A stretch of 45,930 nucleotides of DNA from positions 1-45,930 of the forward strand of contig CAAFYT010000069.1 in assembly GCA_900767325.1 (NCBI GenBank), written 5' to 3'. Positions 38,032-45,633 of this stretch are shown piece by piece; within the stretch, counting starts at the first letter, position 1; each line of letters begins with the position of its first letter. Source of the DNA: Kiritimatiellia bacterium (GTDB taxonomy: Bacteria; Verrucomicrobiota; Kiritimatiellia; RFP12; UBA1067). The translations under genes were made by a program, and so were the position numbers. The notes beneath the pieces were generated by a model. It was not told the DNA's origin. It did not search any database and was given only the letters and a program-made list of their open reading frames with translations.

Positions 38032-38492
38032 GAGACGACCTGAACGACTTGCGCGCGCTCGGCAGGAAGGTGCGCGCCCCGCGGGACTACGATCCGTCTG
38101 TTCTGGACGCATTCGAGAACCGGCATCCTTCCCGCGACTACTGGGTGACCTTCACCGCGCCCGAATTCACGACGCTTTGTCCGAAGACGGGTCAGCCGGA
38201 CTTCGCCACGCTGACGATCCGCTACATACCGGCGAAGAAGCTCGTGGAGTCGAAGTCGCTCAAGCTCTATCTCTTCGGCTTCCGCAACCACGGCGACTTC
38301 CACGAGGACGTCGTGAACGTCGTCTTCGACGATCTCTGGAAGCTGCTGAAGCCGAAGTACATGGAGGTCTACGGCGCGTTCGCGCCGCGCGGCGGCATAT
38401 CCATCGACCCGTTCGTGAACGGCGGTTCGACGGCGGCGATGAAGGCGCTCGCTCGCGCGCGGTTCGCGGCGTGGCGGGGTGTGAGGGGGTAG
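38028..38492 (+). CDS. queF: NADPH-dependent 7-cyano-7-deazaguanine reductase (unimodular QueF)
   Basis: [16 protein letters not shown] contains the catalytic Cys. [21 protein letters not shown] is the QueF motif. ATGA overlap with rsmD. Confidence 0.85.
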   Translation: MRDDLNDLRALGRKVRAPRDYDPSVLDAFENRHPSRDYWVTFTAPEFTTLCPKTGQPDFATLTIRYIPAKKLVESKSLKLYLFGFRNHGDFHEDVVNVVFDDLWKLLKPKYMEVYGAFAPRGGISIDPFVNGGSTAAMKALARARFAAWRGVRG

Positions 38493-38495
38493 GCG

Positions 38496-39614
38496 ATGCG
38501 CGTTTGGGGAATCACGGGAACGAACGGCAAGACCACGACGGCGTGGATTCTCGCGGACTTCATCGGCGCCGAGCGGCCGTGCGGACTGATCACGACGGTC
38601 GAGGTTTCGACGCGTTCGCGCACCTTCTCGACCGGCTACACGACGCCGCCGCTCGATCGGCTCAAGGAGATCTTCGCCGAGATGGAGGCGAACGGCTGCA
38701 CGGACTGCGTGATGGAGGTGTCGTCCCACGCGATCCATCAGCATCGCACGGGCAACACGCTCTTCGCGGGCGGCGCGTTCACGAATCTCTCGGAGGACCA
38801 TCTCGACTACCACAAGACGATGGAGGCGTATTTCGACGTGAAGCTCGACTTCGCGCGACAGATCGCGCGTGCGCGCGGCTCCTCTCCGGCGCCGAATCTG
38901 GGCCGGGGGAACCTGCCGCCTTACGCGGTGTGTCTGGACGGCGGCTTTGGCGCGGAGATGTTCGCGGCGGTCGGGAAGCTGCCGCTCAATGCGCTGCCGG
39001 TTACGGTGCGTGCGCCGCGTTACGACTTGAAGGAGCTGCAGCTCGCGGGCGACTACAACAAGCAGAACGTGCTGCTCGCGGCGACGCTCGCCGAGGCCGC
39101 GGGGATCAGTCGCGCGACGATCGCGCGGCGCATACCGTCCCTGCGGCCGCGCTGGGGACGGTTGGAGCGGGTGGAGAACGAGCGCGTTTCCGCCGCGGTC
39201 TACGTCGATTTCGCCCACACGCCCGACGCCTTGGAGAAGGTCTTGACGGCGGCGCGGGGATTCTGCGGCGGGGCGCTTTGGGTGGTGTTCGGCGCGGGCG
39301 GCGATCGGGACAGCGCGAAGCGTCCCCTAATGGGGGCGGTGGCGGCGCGGCTGGCGGATCGGATCGTCGTCACGAGCGACAATCCGCGCAGCGAGGCGCC
39401 GTTGCAGATCATCGGGCAGATACTCGAGGGGATCGGGGCGCGCGAGGCGACGGTCGAGCCGGATCGGCGCGAGGCGATCTACTTTGCGTTGCGCGAGGCG
39501 TTGCCGGGCGATGTCGTGATCATCGCGGGCAAGGGACACGAAACGACGCAGGAGATCGCCGGCGTGAAGCGTCCATTCGATGACCGCGCGGTTGTCAGGG
39601 GGTTTCAGGAATGA
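38496..39614 (+). CDS. MurE-like Mur ligase lacking the N-terminal UDP-binding domain (372 aa)
   Basis: It begins directly at the P-loop GITGTNGKTTT. It also has MEVSSHAIHQHR, FTNLSEDHLDYH, GAGGDRD and the MurE-type DNPRSE motif. No upstream coding space exists for domain 1. Confidence 0.75.
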   Translation: MRVWGITGTNGKTTTAWILADFIGAERPCGLITTVEVSTRSRTFSTGYTTPPLDRLKEIFAEMEANGCTDCVMEVSSHAIHQHRTGNTLFAGGAFTNLSEDHLDYHKTMEAYFDVKLDFARQIARARGSSPAPNLGRGNLPPYAVCLDGGFGAEMFAAVGKLPLNALPVTVRAPRYDLKELQLAGDYNKQNVLLAATLAEAAGISRATIARRIPSLRPRWGRLERVENERVSAAVYVDFAHTPDALEKVLTAARGFCGGALWVVFGAGGDRDSAKRPLMGAVAARLADRIVVTSDNPRSEAPLQIIGQILEGIGAREATVEPDRREAIYFALREALPGDVVIIAGKGHETTQEIAGVKRPFDDRAVVRGFQE

Positions 39615-40273
39615 ACGGCCCGATCATCGCAGTCCTCCGCGGAGTCGACTCCACTTCCACTTCGACTTCATCTTCGACTTCCCCTTCGACTTCCCATCTT
39701 ATCGCGGCGCTTGCGGAGGGGGGTATTCGGACGGTTGAGTTGGCGTTTTCGGCGTCGGCGCGGGAGAGTTGGCGGGGGACGGCGCGGCTGATCGGCTCTC
39801 TTGTGCGGCGGTTTGGGGGCGAAGTCGAGATTGGCGCGGGGACGGTTCTATTTGCGGAGCAGGTTGAGTTGGCGGCGGAGGCGGGGGCGCGGTTCATGGT
39901 TTCGCCGGTTGTGGACGAGGGGATCATTCGTTTGGCGCGGGGGAGGGGGCTTGAGGTATTGCCGGGGGCGTTCACGCCGACGGAGATTGCGCGGGCGGCG
40001 TCGGCTGGGGCGGGGGCTGTGAAGGTGTTTCCGGCGGGGGCGGTTGGGCCATCGTACATTCGCGCGTTGTCCGCGCCGCTTTCGCATGTTTCGTTTTGGG
40101 CGTTTGGGGGGGTGACGCTTCAGAGCATTGGGGCGTATCGGTCGGCGGGGTGTGTTGGTGTGGGCATCAGCAGTCCGTTCCTCGACCGCGTGGCTCTCTC
40201 GCGCGGCGATTTCGCCTCCATCTCCACCACCGCCCGTCGTTTCGTGTCGGCGTGGGAAGGACAACGGATATGA
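39611..40273 (+). CDS. eda: KDPG/KHG aldolase (Eda family) with a 15-aa Ser/Thr insertion
   Basis: GIRTVELAF, GAGTV, GARFMVSP, PGAFTPTEI, and KVFPA with the catalytic Lys. ATGA overlaps at both ends. Confidence 0.85.
   Translation: MNGPIIAVLRGVDSTSTSTSSSTSPSTSHLIAALAEGGIRTVELAFSASARESWRGTARLIGSLVRRFGGEVEIGAGTVLFAEQVELAAEAGARFMVSPVVDEGIIRLARGRGLEVLPGAFTPTEIARAASAGAGAVKVFPAGAVGPSYIRALSAPLSHVSFWAFGGVTLQSIGAYRSAGCVGVGISSPFLDRVALSRGDFASISTTARRFVSAWEGQRI
39650..39694 (+). repeat. CTTCGACTTCNN-type 12-nt repeats encoding STSTSTSSSTSPSTS inside eda
   Basis: TTCGACTTC occurs at 39661, 39673 and 39685. It is the complement of the GAAGTCGAA words seen in the dksA-like and LysM genes. Confidence 0.85.
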
Positions 40274-41556
40274 CTTGCGGAAATTGGCGTCTTGGGGTCG
40301 AGATTGGTCGCGGGGCATTTGGCGTTGTGCACCATGCGCTCGGGCCAGATGGCGAGAGCGTTGCCATAAGGGTTTGCCGTCGCGCGGACATTGGCGATGA
40401 AAGCTACGCGCGCGAGATTCGCGGTGCGAAGCTCTATGGAACGATACCCCGTTGCGAGGGGCTGCTCTACATGCGGGAGATTGTCGAGACGGACTGGGGC
40501 TTTTACGCCGTTTTCGACCTTGCGGACGACGAATTCGGGGGCGTCTTGGAGTCGACGGGGAACTATCGCCCGAAGACGCTTGCCAAGGTCATCGCCGGAG
40601 AGAAGGCATTGCGTCTGGAGGAGTGCATCGGGCTTGCGATCTCGCTGGCTCGTGGACTGATGGTTCTCCAAAGACACCATCTTCTGCATCGCGACATCAA
40701 GCCGGGGAATGTTCTTTATGTTGGCGGGCGAGCGGTGCTGGCTGATCCGGGGTTGCTCATCGAGGAGGCCGAAGCCGCGTCGCTTGTCGGCACGCCGGGC
40801 TATGTTCCACCGGAGCGGTTCACCGACTCCGCAAGCGATGTCTATAGTCTTGGGCTTACGCTCAAGGCCGCGAGCTTTGGGCGGCAGGTTGATGATCTCA
40901 GCAAGGGACCGGCAATGGAGGCCGACACGGGTGCGGCCTGTTTTCCCGCTTGGTGGCGAATTCTCAACAAGGCGACGGATCCTGTCGCCTCGCGCCGCTA
41001 TCGGTCGGCGAAGGCACTTGCTAAGGATCTTTACCTTTTGCGCTACTGGATGATGTTTGCGAGTTTGTTTCGTAGCAGGTTGCTGGTTGTCGCGATTGTG
41101 GTTCTGTCTGTTTTGTCCGTGATGGCGGCACTTTATTTGCGGAGCTTCATGAGCAAGTCAAAGTACGATGACTTTGTGTCGCGGGCGGATCAAGAGAGAA
41201 AGTCGGTTGCTGAAAAGGCCTTGGCCGATTTCGTGGATAAACGCGTGGCGGAAGATATGCCGGACATCAGGCGGGGCATCAAGGAAGCATATCTGTCAAC
41301 GCTCAACATGATGCGTGATGAGCTTGCGGACAAGAAAAAGGAAATTGCGGAATTTGAAGATCAAATCGCCGAGAGCGAGAAGGATATCAAAGAGGCGGAA
41401 GAAGCGGGCGACAAGAGCCGTAAGGAAGCCATAGAATACAACTTGAGACACAAGAAGAAGTTGCTTGGATTTGTGCAAAAACGCGCGGCTGAACTTGAAC
41501 GGGATATTCCTGCTTGGGAGAAGAAGATCTCTACTTTTGAGGAGAAGCACAAATGA
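40270..41556 (+). CDS. Membrane-anchored Ser/Thr protein-kinase-like protein with atypical catalytic motifs
   Basis: GRGAFGVV, HRDIKPGN and GTPGYVPPE are present. VAIK is VAIR (AGG at 40369-40371) and DFG is DPG (40744-40752). TM helix LLVVAIVVLSVLSVMAALYL, then a Lys/Glu coiled coil. Confidence 0.8.
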   Translation: MTCGNWRLGVEIGRGAFGVVHHALGPDGESVAIRVCRRADIGDESYAREIRGAKLYGTIPRCEGLLYMREIVETDWGFYAVFDLADDEFGGVLESTGNYRPKTLAKVIAGEKALRLEECIGLAISLARGLMVLQRHHLLHRDIKPGNVLYVGGRAVLADPGLLIEEAEAASLVGTPGYVPPERFTDSASDVYSLGLTLKAASFGRQVDDLSKGPAMEADTGAACFPAWWRILNKATDPVASRRYRSAKALAKDLYLLRYWMMFASLFRSRLLVVAIVVLSVLSVMAALYLRSFMSKSKYDDFVSRADQERKSVAEKALADFVDKRVAEDMPDIRRGIKEAYLSTLNMMRDELADKKKEIAEFEDQIAESEKDIKEAEEAGDKSRKEAIEYNLRHKKKLLGFVQKRAAELERDIPAWEKKISTFEEKHK

Positions 41557-42191
41557 CCTATCGGCATTTTAATAACGAGACGACGCGCTCCAGCGTGCTG
41601 AAGGCGGTTGCGAATGTCGGAAACGAAGCCGCGTGGGCGCGGTTCTTCGATCTCTACGCGGGTTTTGTTTTTACGATTGCGCGCAGCCGAGGGCTTTCGG
41701 CGGAGGATGCGGATGATGTCGTGCAGGGGGTTTTCGTCGATCTGTCGCGCCAGATGCCAACATTCGACTACGACCGCGCGCGGGGCAAGTTTCGTTCGTA
41801 TCTTTTCGGCCTTGTCAATTGGCGCATTACCGACAAGTTGAAGGCGAACAAGCGCGAGAGCGATTCGAAGGCCGCATATCTCAACGAGACTGCGGTATCT
41901 GCGGGCGATGCGGCCTTCTTTGAGCGCGAGTGGCAGGAAGCGGCGTTGAACGAAGCCCTGCGGCGGTTGAAGGCGGAGGTGAACGCCGATCATTTCGCCG
42001 CGTTCGTCGAAAGCACCGTCGAAGGCATCGACACCGAATCGGTCGTGAAGCTCCACGGTCTGACGCGCGACAATCTCTACCAGATCCGCACGCGCCTTAC
42101 CGCCAAGCTGAAGCCCCTCGTCGCCGAAGTCCTCAAAGAAATGAACGAAGGCAAGATGCCGCGAATGAATGGCGGCGATCCGCGGTCTTGA
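41553..42191 (+). CDS. ECF-type sigma-70 family factor
   Basis: Region 2-like FFDLYAGFVFTIARSRGLSAEDADDVVQGVFVDL...SYLFGLVNWRITD. Region 4-like VKLHGLTRDNLYQIRTRLTAKL. ATGA overlap with the kinase gene. Confidence 0.75.
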   Translation: MTYRHFNNETTRSSVLKAVANVGNEAAWARFFDLYAGFVFTIARSRGLSAEDADDVVQGVFVDLSRQMPTFDYDRARGKFRSYLFGLVNWRITDKLKANKRESDSKAAYLNETAVSAGDAAFFEREWQEAALNEALRRLKAEVNADHFAAFVESTVEGIDTESVVKLHGLTRDNLYQIRTRLTAKLKPLVAEVLKEMNEGKMPRMNGGDPRS

Positions 42192-43083
42192 TGGCCTCGG
42201 CGATTGCCGAGATGAGACCATCATTGTTCTCTTCGTCAAGCCAGGACCATTGTCCATTGGGGTTGAGCTCGAGGAACCACAGTTCGCCATTCTTCCGAAT
42301 GAAGTCGAACCGCCCGAAGCGATAGCCCGTCTCCGCCATAAAGCCGCGAATGGCGGATTGCTCGGCTGAAGAAAGCGCGCACAACTGCCAGCGGGAGGGA
42401 TTTTCGAGAGAGGCCTTTCGCACATCGTCGCATTCCGTGATTTCTGATCGCGGATAGCGGTAGGCAAAGAGTCTGTCATTGACAGAAACAACAGTTACCT
42501 CATCTTCGCCATCGACTTTTTCCTGAACAAACCATGGATAAGCGAGATCCAAAAGGTGGGGATCAACCTCTTTGACCAAAAACAACTTGCCGGCACCGAT
42601 GGATGCTCCTGTCAAGGCCTTTACAACCCAACGGCCATGATTCAGTTCCTTTGGCAATGTGCCATGGAAAATGTGCCAGTCTGAAACGTTGAAATAATTT
42701 TTTGCGACCTTCATCTGCCGTATCTTGCCATAGGTTTGGTCGCGGCAAACAACAAGGCGAGTGAGCCGTTGCGACTCGCATTCACGATAAAAATCCCTGA
42801 AAAGCTCAAGAGTTTCGTTGCGACACCAATTCTCGGGGCTTCCATTTTTGGGAATGTCAATCGTTTTGAGGTAAATGGGCTTCCTGAGGTAAAAGGACGA
42901 AAGCGTTTTGGAGTTGATGAGCGCGTGGGTTTGGACGTTTGTGATTTCAAATCCGTCGTGGAAAAAATGCCATGAGTAGTCTTCGGGTTTGTCTATGTTG
43001 AACCGAAAAACATCTGACTCGTTCAAGTGTGGGATTAGAATGTTGCTTGCGCCATCTTGACTGCAAGTGAGAATGAAGATCAT
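42133..43083 (-). CDS. MvdD/RimK-type ATP-grasp ligase (candidate graspetide macrocyclase)
   Basis: N-terminus MIFILTCSQDGAS compares with MvdD MTVLIVTFSRDNES. C-terminus YRFGRFDFIRKNGELWFLELNPNGQWSWL compares with MvdD YGAIDMIV...IFLEINPVGEFFWL. AAGGAG RBS before ATG 43083. GC is lower than the surrounding sequence. Confidence 0.75.
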   Translation of the reverse strand: MIFILTCSQDGASNILIPHLNESDVFRFNIDKPEDYSWHFFHDGFEITNVQTHALINSKTLSSFYLRKPIYLKTIDIPKNGSPENWCRNETLELFRDFYRECESQRLTRLVVCRDQTYGKIRQMKVAKNYFNVSDWHIFHGTLPKELNHGRWVVKALTGASIGAGKLFLVKEVDPHLLDLAYPWFVQEKVDGEDEVTVVSVNDRLFAYRYPRSEITECDDVRKASLENPSRWQLCALSSAEQSAIRGFMAETGYRFGRFDFIRKNGELWFLELNPNGQWSWLDEENNDGLISAIAEAIKTADRRHSFAASCLRSFL

Positions 43084-43116
43084 AGGCGATGGGCTCCTTG
43101 CATGAGGTGGGGAAAG

Positions 43117-43163
43117 GAGGTGGCGTTTTACCGCCACCTCATAGCGCTAATCTTGCGATTAGC
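43117..43163 (-). promoter_or_regulatory. Two hairpins between the precursor and the ATP-grasp gene (attenuator or partial terminator candidate)
   Basis: GCTAATC-TTGC-GATTAGC at 43146-43163. GAGGTGGCG-(6 nt)-CGCCACCTC at 43117-43140, followed on the minus strand by CUUUCCCC. Confidence 0.5.
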
Positions 43164-43179
43164 AACCTTTGCGGACAGA

Positions 43180-43290
43180 TTAGCAGAAATCCTGCCAATC
43201 ACTTCCACCAGCAGTTTGACTTATGGTTGCGTTGACAGAGCCCGTCCCAACGGGAATCGTCACGGTCGTCGCAATGTCTATAGGTGTCAT
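43180..43290 (-). CDS. 36-aa candidate graspetide precursor MTPIDIATTVTIPVGTGSVNATISQTAGGSDWQDFC (absent from the ORF track)
   Basis: Hand translation of the minus strand. GAAAGGAAAG RBS 5-6 nt upstream of ATG 43290, TAA stop at 43180-43182. Located between the ABC and ATP-grasp genes. Thr/Ser plus Asp rich. SDWQDF resembles the microviridin core PSDWEEY. Confidence 0.6.
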   Translation of the reverse strand: MTPIDIATTVTIPVGTGSVNATISQTAGGSDWQDFC

Positions 43291-43347
43291 TGTTTCTTTC
43301 CTTTCTTGTTTTGCTTTGGTTAACCAAACGCAGCGGACACTCGCCCG

Positions 43348-45015
43348 CTACATAATGATATACGAACGATCTTCGTTGGTCTGACAGAAAATTTTCGCGT
43401 CGCACAATTCGTCCAGTTCGGCGTCGTGTCCGGCGAGGAGAATGATGCGTCCTGGGCGAAGCCGCGCGACGAGGCCGGCGAATGTTCTGCGAGACGCAAC
43501 GTCGAGATGGTTCGTGGCTTCGTCCAGGACAAGAATGGATGGGTTGCGGATGATGGCGCGGGCGATGGCGAGGCGTTGCCGTTCGCCGCCCGAAAGCATG
43601 CGGTGGCGCGCGCCGATGCGTGTTTGGAGTCCATCGGGGAGGCGCTTTACGACGGCTTCGAATCCGCTGAGAGCGAGCGCCTTGTCGATATCTGGTTGCG
43701 TGTAGGCAGGGTCTCGCAGGGTGATGTTGTCCCGAATTGTTCCATCGATGATGAGGTTGTCTTGGCAAACGACGGCGAGGCGCTTGCGGAAAACGGCGGG
43801 GTCGAGCGAGGCGAGAGGACTGCCGTTGACGAGAACCTGGCCTTTCTGCGGCTCCAAGGCACCGAGGGCGAGCTTGAGGAGTGTGGATTTTCCCGTGCCG
43901 TTGGATCCGAAAAGTCCAATCACGGAATTCGTGTGGATTGTGGTGGAAAAATCGCGGATTACAGGGCAATTGGGTTCCTTTGGATAGGCGAATGTAACAT
44001 GGTCAAATGCGAGAGAGCTGAGGGCGTTGGGGCGAATGGCGCCCTGTTTGATCGGCGGGCGGTCAAGTACTTCGTTCAGCGAATCAACGCCTTCGCGCAA
44101 GGCGGCGAGGTCGGGAAGCAATCCAATGACGCCCTGGATGGATTGAAACGCCGCGATGAAGAGCATTTGGTAGAGAACGACGTCGCCAACGGGTATGGAG
44201 CCATTCGCCGCAAGCGAGCCCGCAATGCCGAGTACGGCGACTTCGCCTCCGATGAGAAGGGCACCGAGGAGGAATCCGAAGCGGCTGGCGAGCGCATCGG
44301 CAATGTCGTTGCCGTTGCGTAGCCCCTCCAGCGCGGTGCGTGGTGCATCGGCGAAGCGCCGCTCGGCATCGTGGAGACGGAGGAAGGGGAGGGACTGGAG
44401 GAATGCGAAGAGGGCGCAGAACGAGGCATCGTTCTGGCGCCTGACGCGATGGGAGTTCGCGGCGAAACATCGCACAAACGGCGAGAAGAGGGCAACGACG
44501 AGCGGAAAGAACGCCACAAAGGCGACAGAGAGGATCGTCGAGCGCGAATAAAGAGCGACGCCAGATGAAAGCATCATCACCGTGGCCTGGAGCAACTGCG
44601 GGTAAAGCCCTCGAACGAATCCGCCGATAGCGTAAGCATCGCGCGTCAGCTTGGCGACGATTTCGCCGTTGGCGATGTCGACGAGGTGGCAGGGCGGGAG
44701 AGCCATCGTCGCATCAAGAACGCGGAACTGGAGATCTTGCTCAACTGCGCGGGAGCGGGCGGCGATGTAGCGTTGGAGAACGGGGGCGAGCGCGGCCTTG
44801 GCGAGAAGAAGGAGGGCGAGGACGATGAATGGACCGCTGAACGGCTGGCGGCAAACGAGTGCATCGACGAATCGTCCAGTGGCGAAGGGCGCGGCGACGC
44901 CGATCAAGGTGAGTAAAACCAGGAGTGGCGAATAGGCGAGGAGAACGCCTGGCGATGAGGCAAGGACGGCGAAAAGGAATCTTCCGCGCTTCAGGTTTGT
45001 TCTGAACGAGTTCAT
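43348..45015 (-). CDS. ABC transporter with fused permease and ATPase (exporter type, no peptidase domain)
   Basis: ATG 45015 (MNSFRTNLKRG). N-terminal TM region. Walker A GSNGTGKST, signature LSGGERQR and Walker B ILVLDEAT. Confidence 0.85.
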   Translation of the reverse strand: MNSFRTNLKRGRFLFAVLASSPGVLLAYSPLLVLLTLIGVAAPFATGRFVDALVCRQPFSGPFIVLALLLLAKAALAPVLQRYIAARSRAVEQDLQFRVLDATMALPPCHLVDIANGEIVAKLTRDAYAIGGFVRGLYPQLLQATVMMLSSGVALYSRSTILSVAFVAFFPLVVALFSPFVRCFAANSHRVRRQNDASFCALFAFLQSLPFLRLHDAERRFADAPRTALEGLRNGNDIADALASRFGFLLGALLIGGEVAVLGIAGSLAANGSIPVGDVVLYQMLFIAAFQSIQGVIGLLPDLAALREGVDSLNEVLDRPPIKQGAIRPNALSSLAFDHVTFAYPKEPNCPVIRDFSTTIHTNSVIGLFGSNGTGKSTLLKLALGALEPQKGQVLVNGSPLASLDPAVFRKRLAVVCQDNLIIDGTIRDNITLRDPAYTQPDIDKALALSGFEAVVKRLPDGLQTRIGARHRMLSGGERQRLAIARAIIRNPSILVLDEATNHLDVASRRTFAGLVARLRPGRIILLAGHDAELDELCDAKIFCQTNEDRSYIIM

Positions 45016-45235
45016 GGCTTCACTCTGATATACGAAGGTCGCTTGGAGGTCTGACAACGATCGGAGTATTGCAAAAGGAACGGAAGAGGTGATTTTTGCA
45101 TTTTGTTGGAGAAACAACTGAAAGCATCGGAGCAAAAGTCCATAATATGCGGCGTCGCGAGGCAAGCGGCGTCAGGCTTGAGTCGAGCGTGGCCGAGAAA
45201 TGTGCCGATGCGACGAAACGGAAAGGAAAACGAAC

Positions 45236-45361
45236 ATGAACACGATTACCTGGATCTGCGTGAGCATTGTGGCGCTCATTGTGGTCGCGAGTGTCATCGG
45301 GTGCTGCCGGCGTAGGTGCTGGCGCAACAAGAACTGCCGCTCCGGCGGCGCTTGTCCCTGA
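45236..45361 (+). CDS. Small 41-aa membrane peptide with a Cys/Arg-rich tail (MNTITWICVSIVALIVVASVIGCCRRRCWRNKNCRSGGACP)
   Basis: AAGGAAA RBS. Very high GC3 (33 of 40 codons end in G or C). One TM helix. A strong terminator follows, 26 nt downstream. Not in the ORF track because it is shorter than 60 aa. Confidence 0.5.
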   Translation: MNTITWICVSIVALIVVASVIGCCRRRCWRNKNCRSGGACP

Positions 45362-45387
45362 CATGGGCCAAATATACTGATACGCCT

Positions 45388-45426
45388 GGCTCGGCATCGC
45401 CTCTTGGCGGTGCCGAGCCGCTTTTT
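45388..45426 (+). terminator. Rho-independent terminator (14-bp stem, TCTT loop, T5 tail)
   Basis: GGCTCGGCATCGCC-TCTT-GGCGGTGCCGAGCC followed by GCTTTTT. Confidence 0.8.
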
Positions 45427-45633
45427 CCCTGTACATCCCGTCATTCACTGTGACGAGCTCAAGCCCCGGGATCGTGAGTTGGGCGAACTCGCGGTGCGGG
45501 GGTTCCTTCATCCCGTAAAATAAGGGCGGAATCAACATCCCGCCCGCTCAACTGCCGAACTTAGTCTAAACGGCTGATGATTCGGTTGCCGCCGCCGAGG
45601 TGCGAATGAAGAGTGCCAAGGGTGTATGATGAA

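Noticed and set aside
36766-39583. ORFs 36766-38112 (-), 37059-38492 (+, upstream part), 37965-39218 (-) and 38177-39583 (+).
   Set aside because: Only the last 154 codons of 37059-38492 are QueF. The rest are out-of-frame or antisense shadows of rsmD and the MurE-like gene.
43057-43969. ORFs 43057-43323 (+, 88 aa) and 43199-43969 (-, 256 aa) overlapping the precursor region.
   Set aside because: Neither has an RBS, and both give Arg/Pro-rich or nonsensical sequence. The 36-aa minus-strand ORF with an RBS and the ABC gene explain the region better.
45020-45538. A 172-aa minus-strand ORF upstream of the ABC gene.
   Set aside because: It runs antisense through a strong plus-strand terminator and the high-GC3 small ORF. 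It has no motifs and no convincing RBS.
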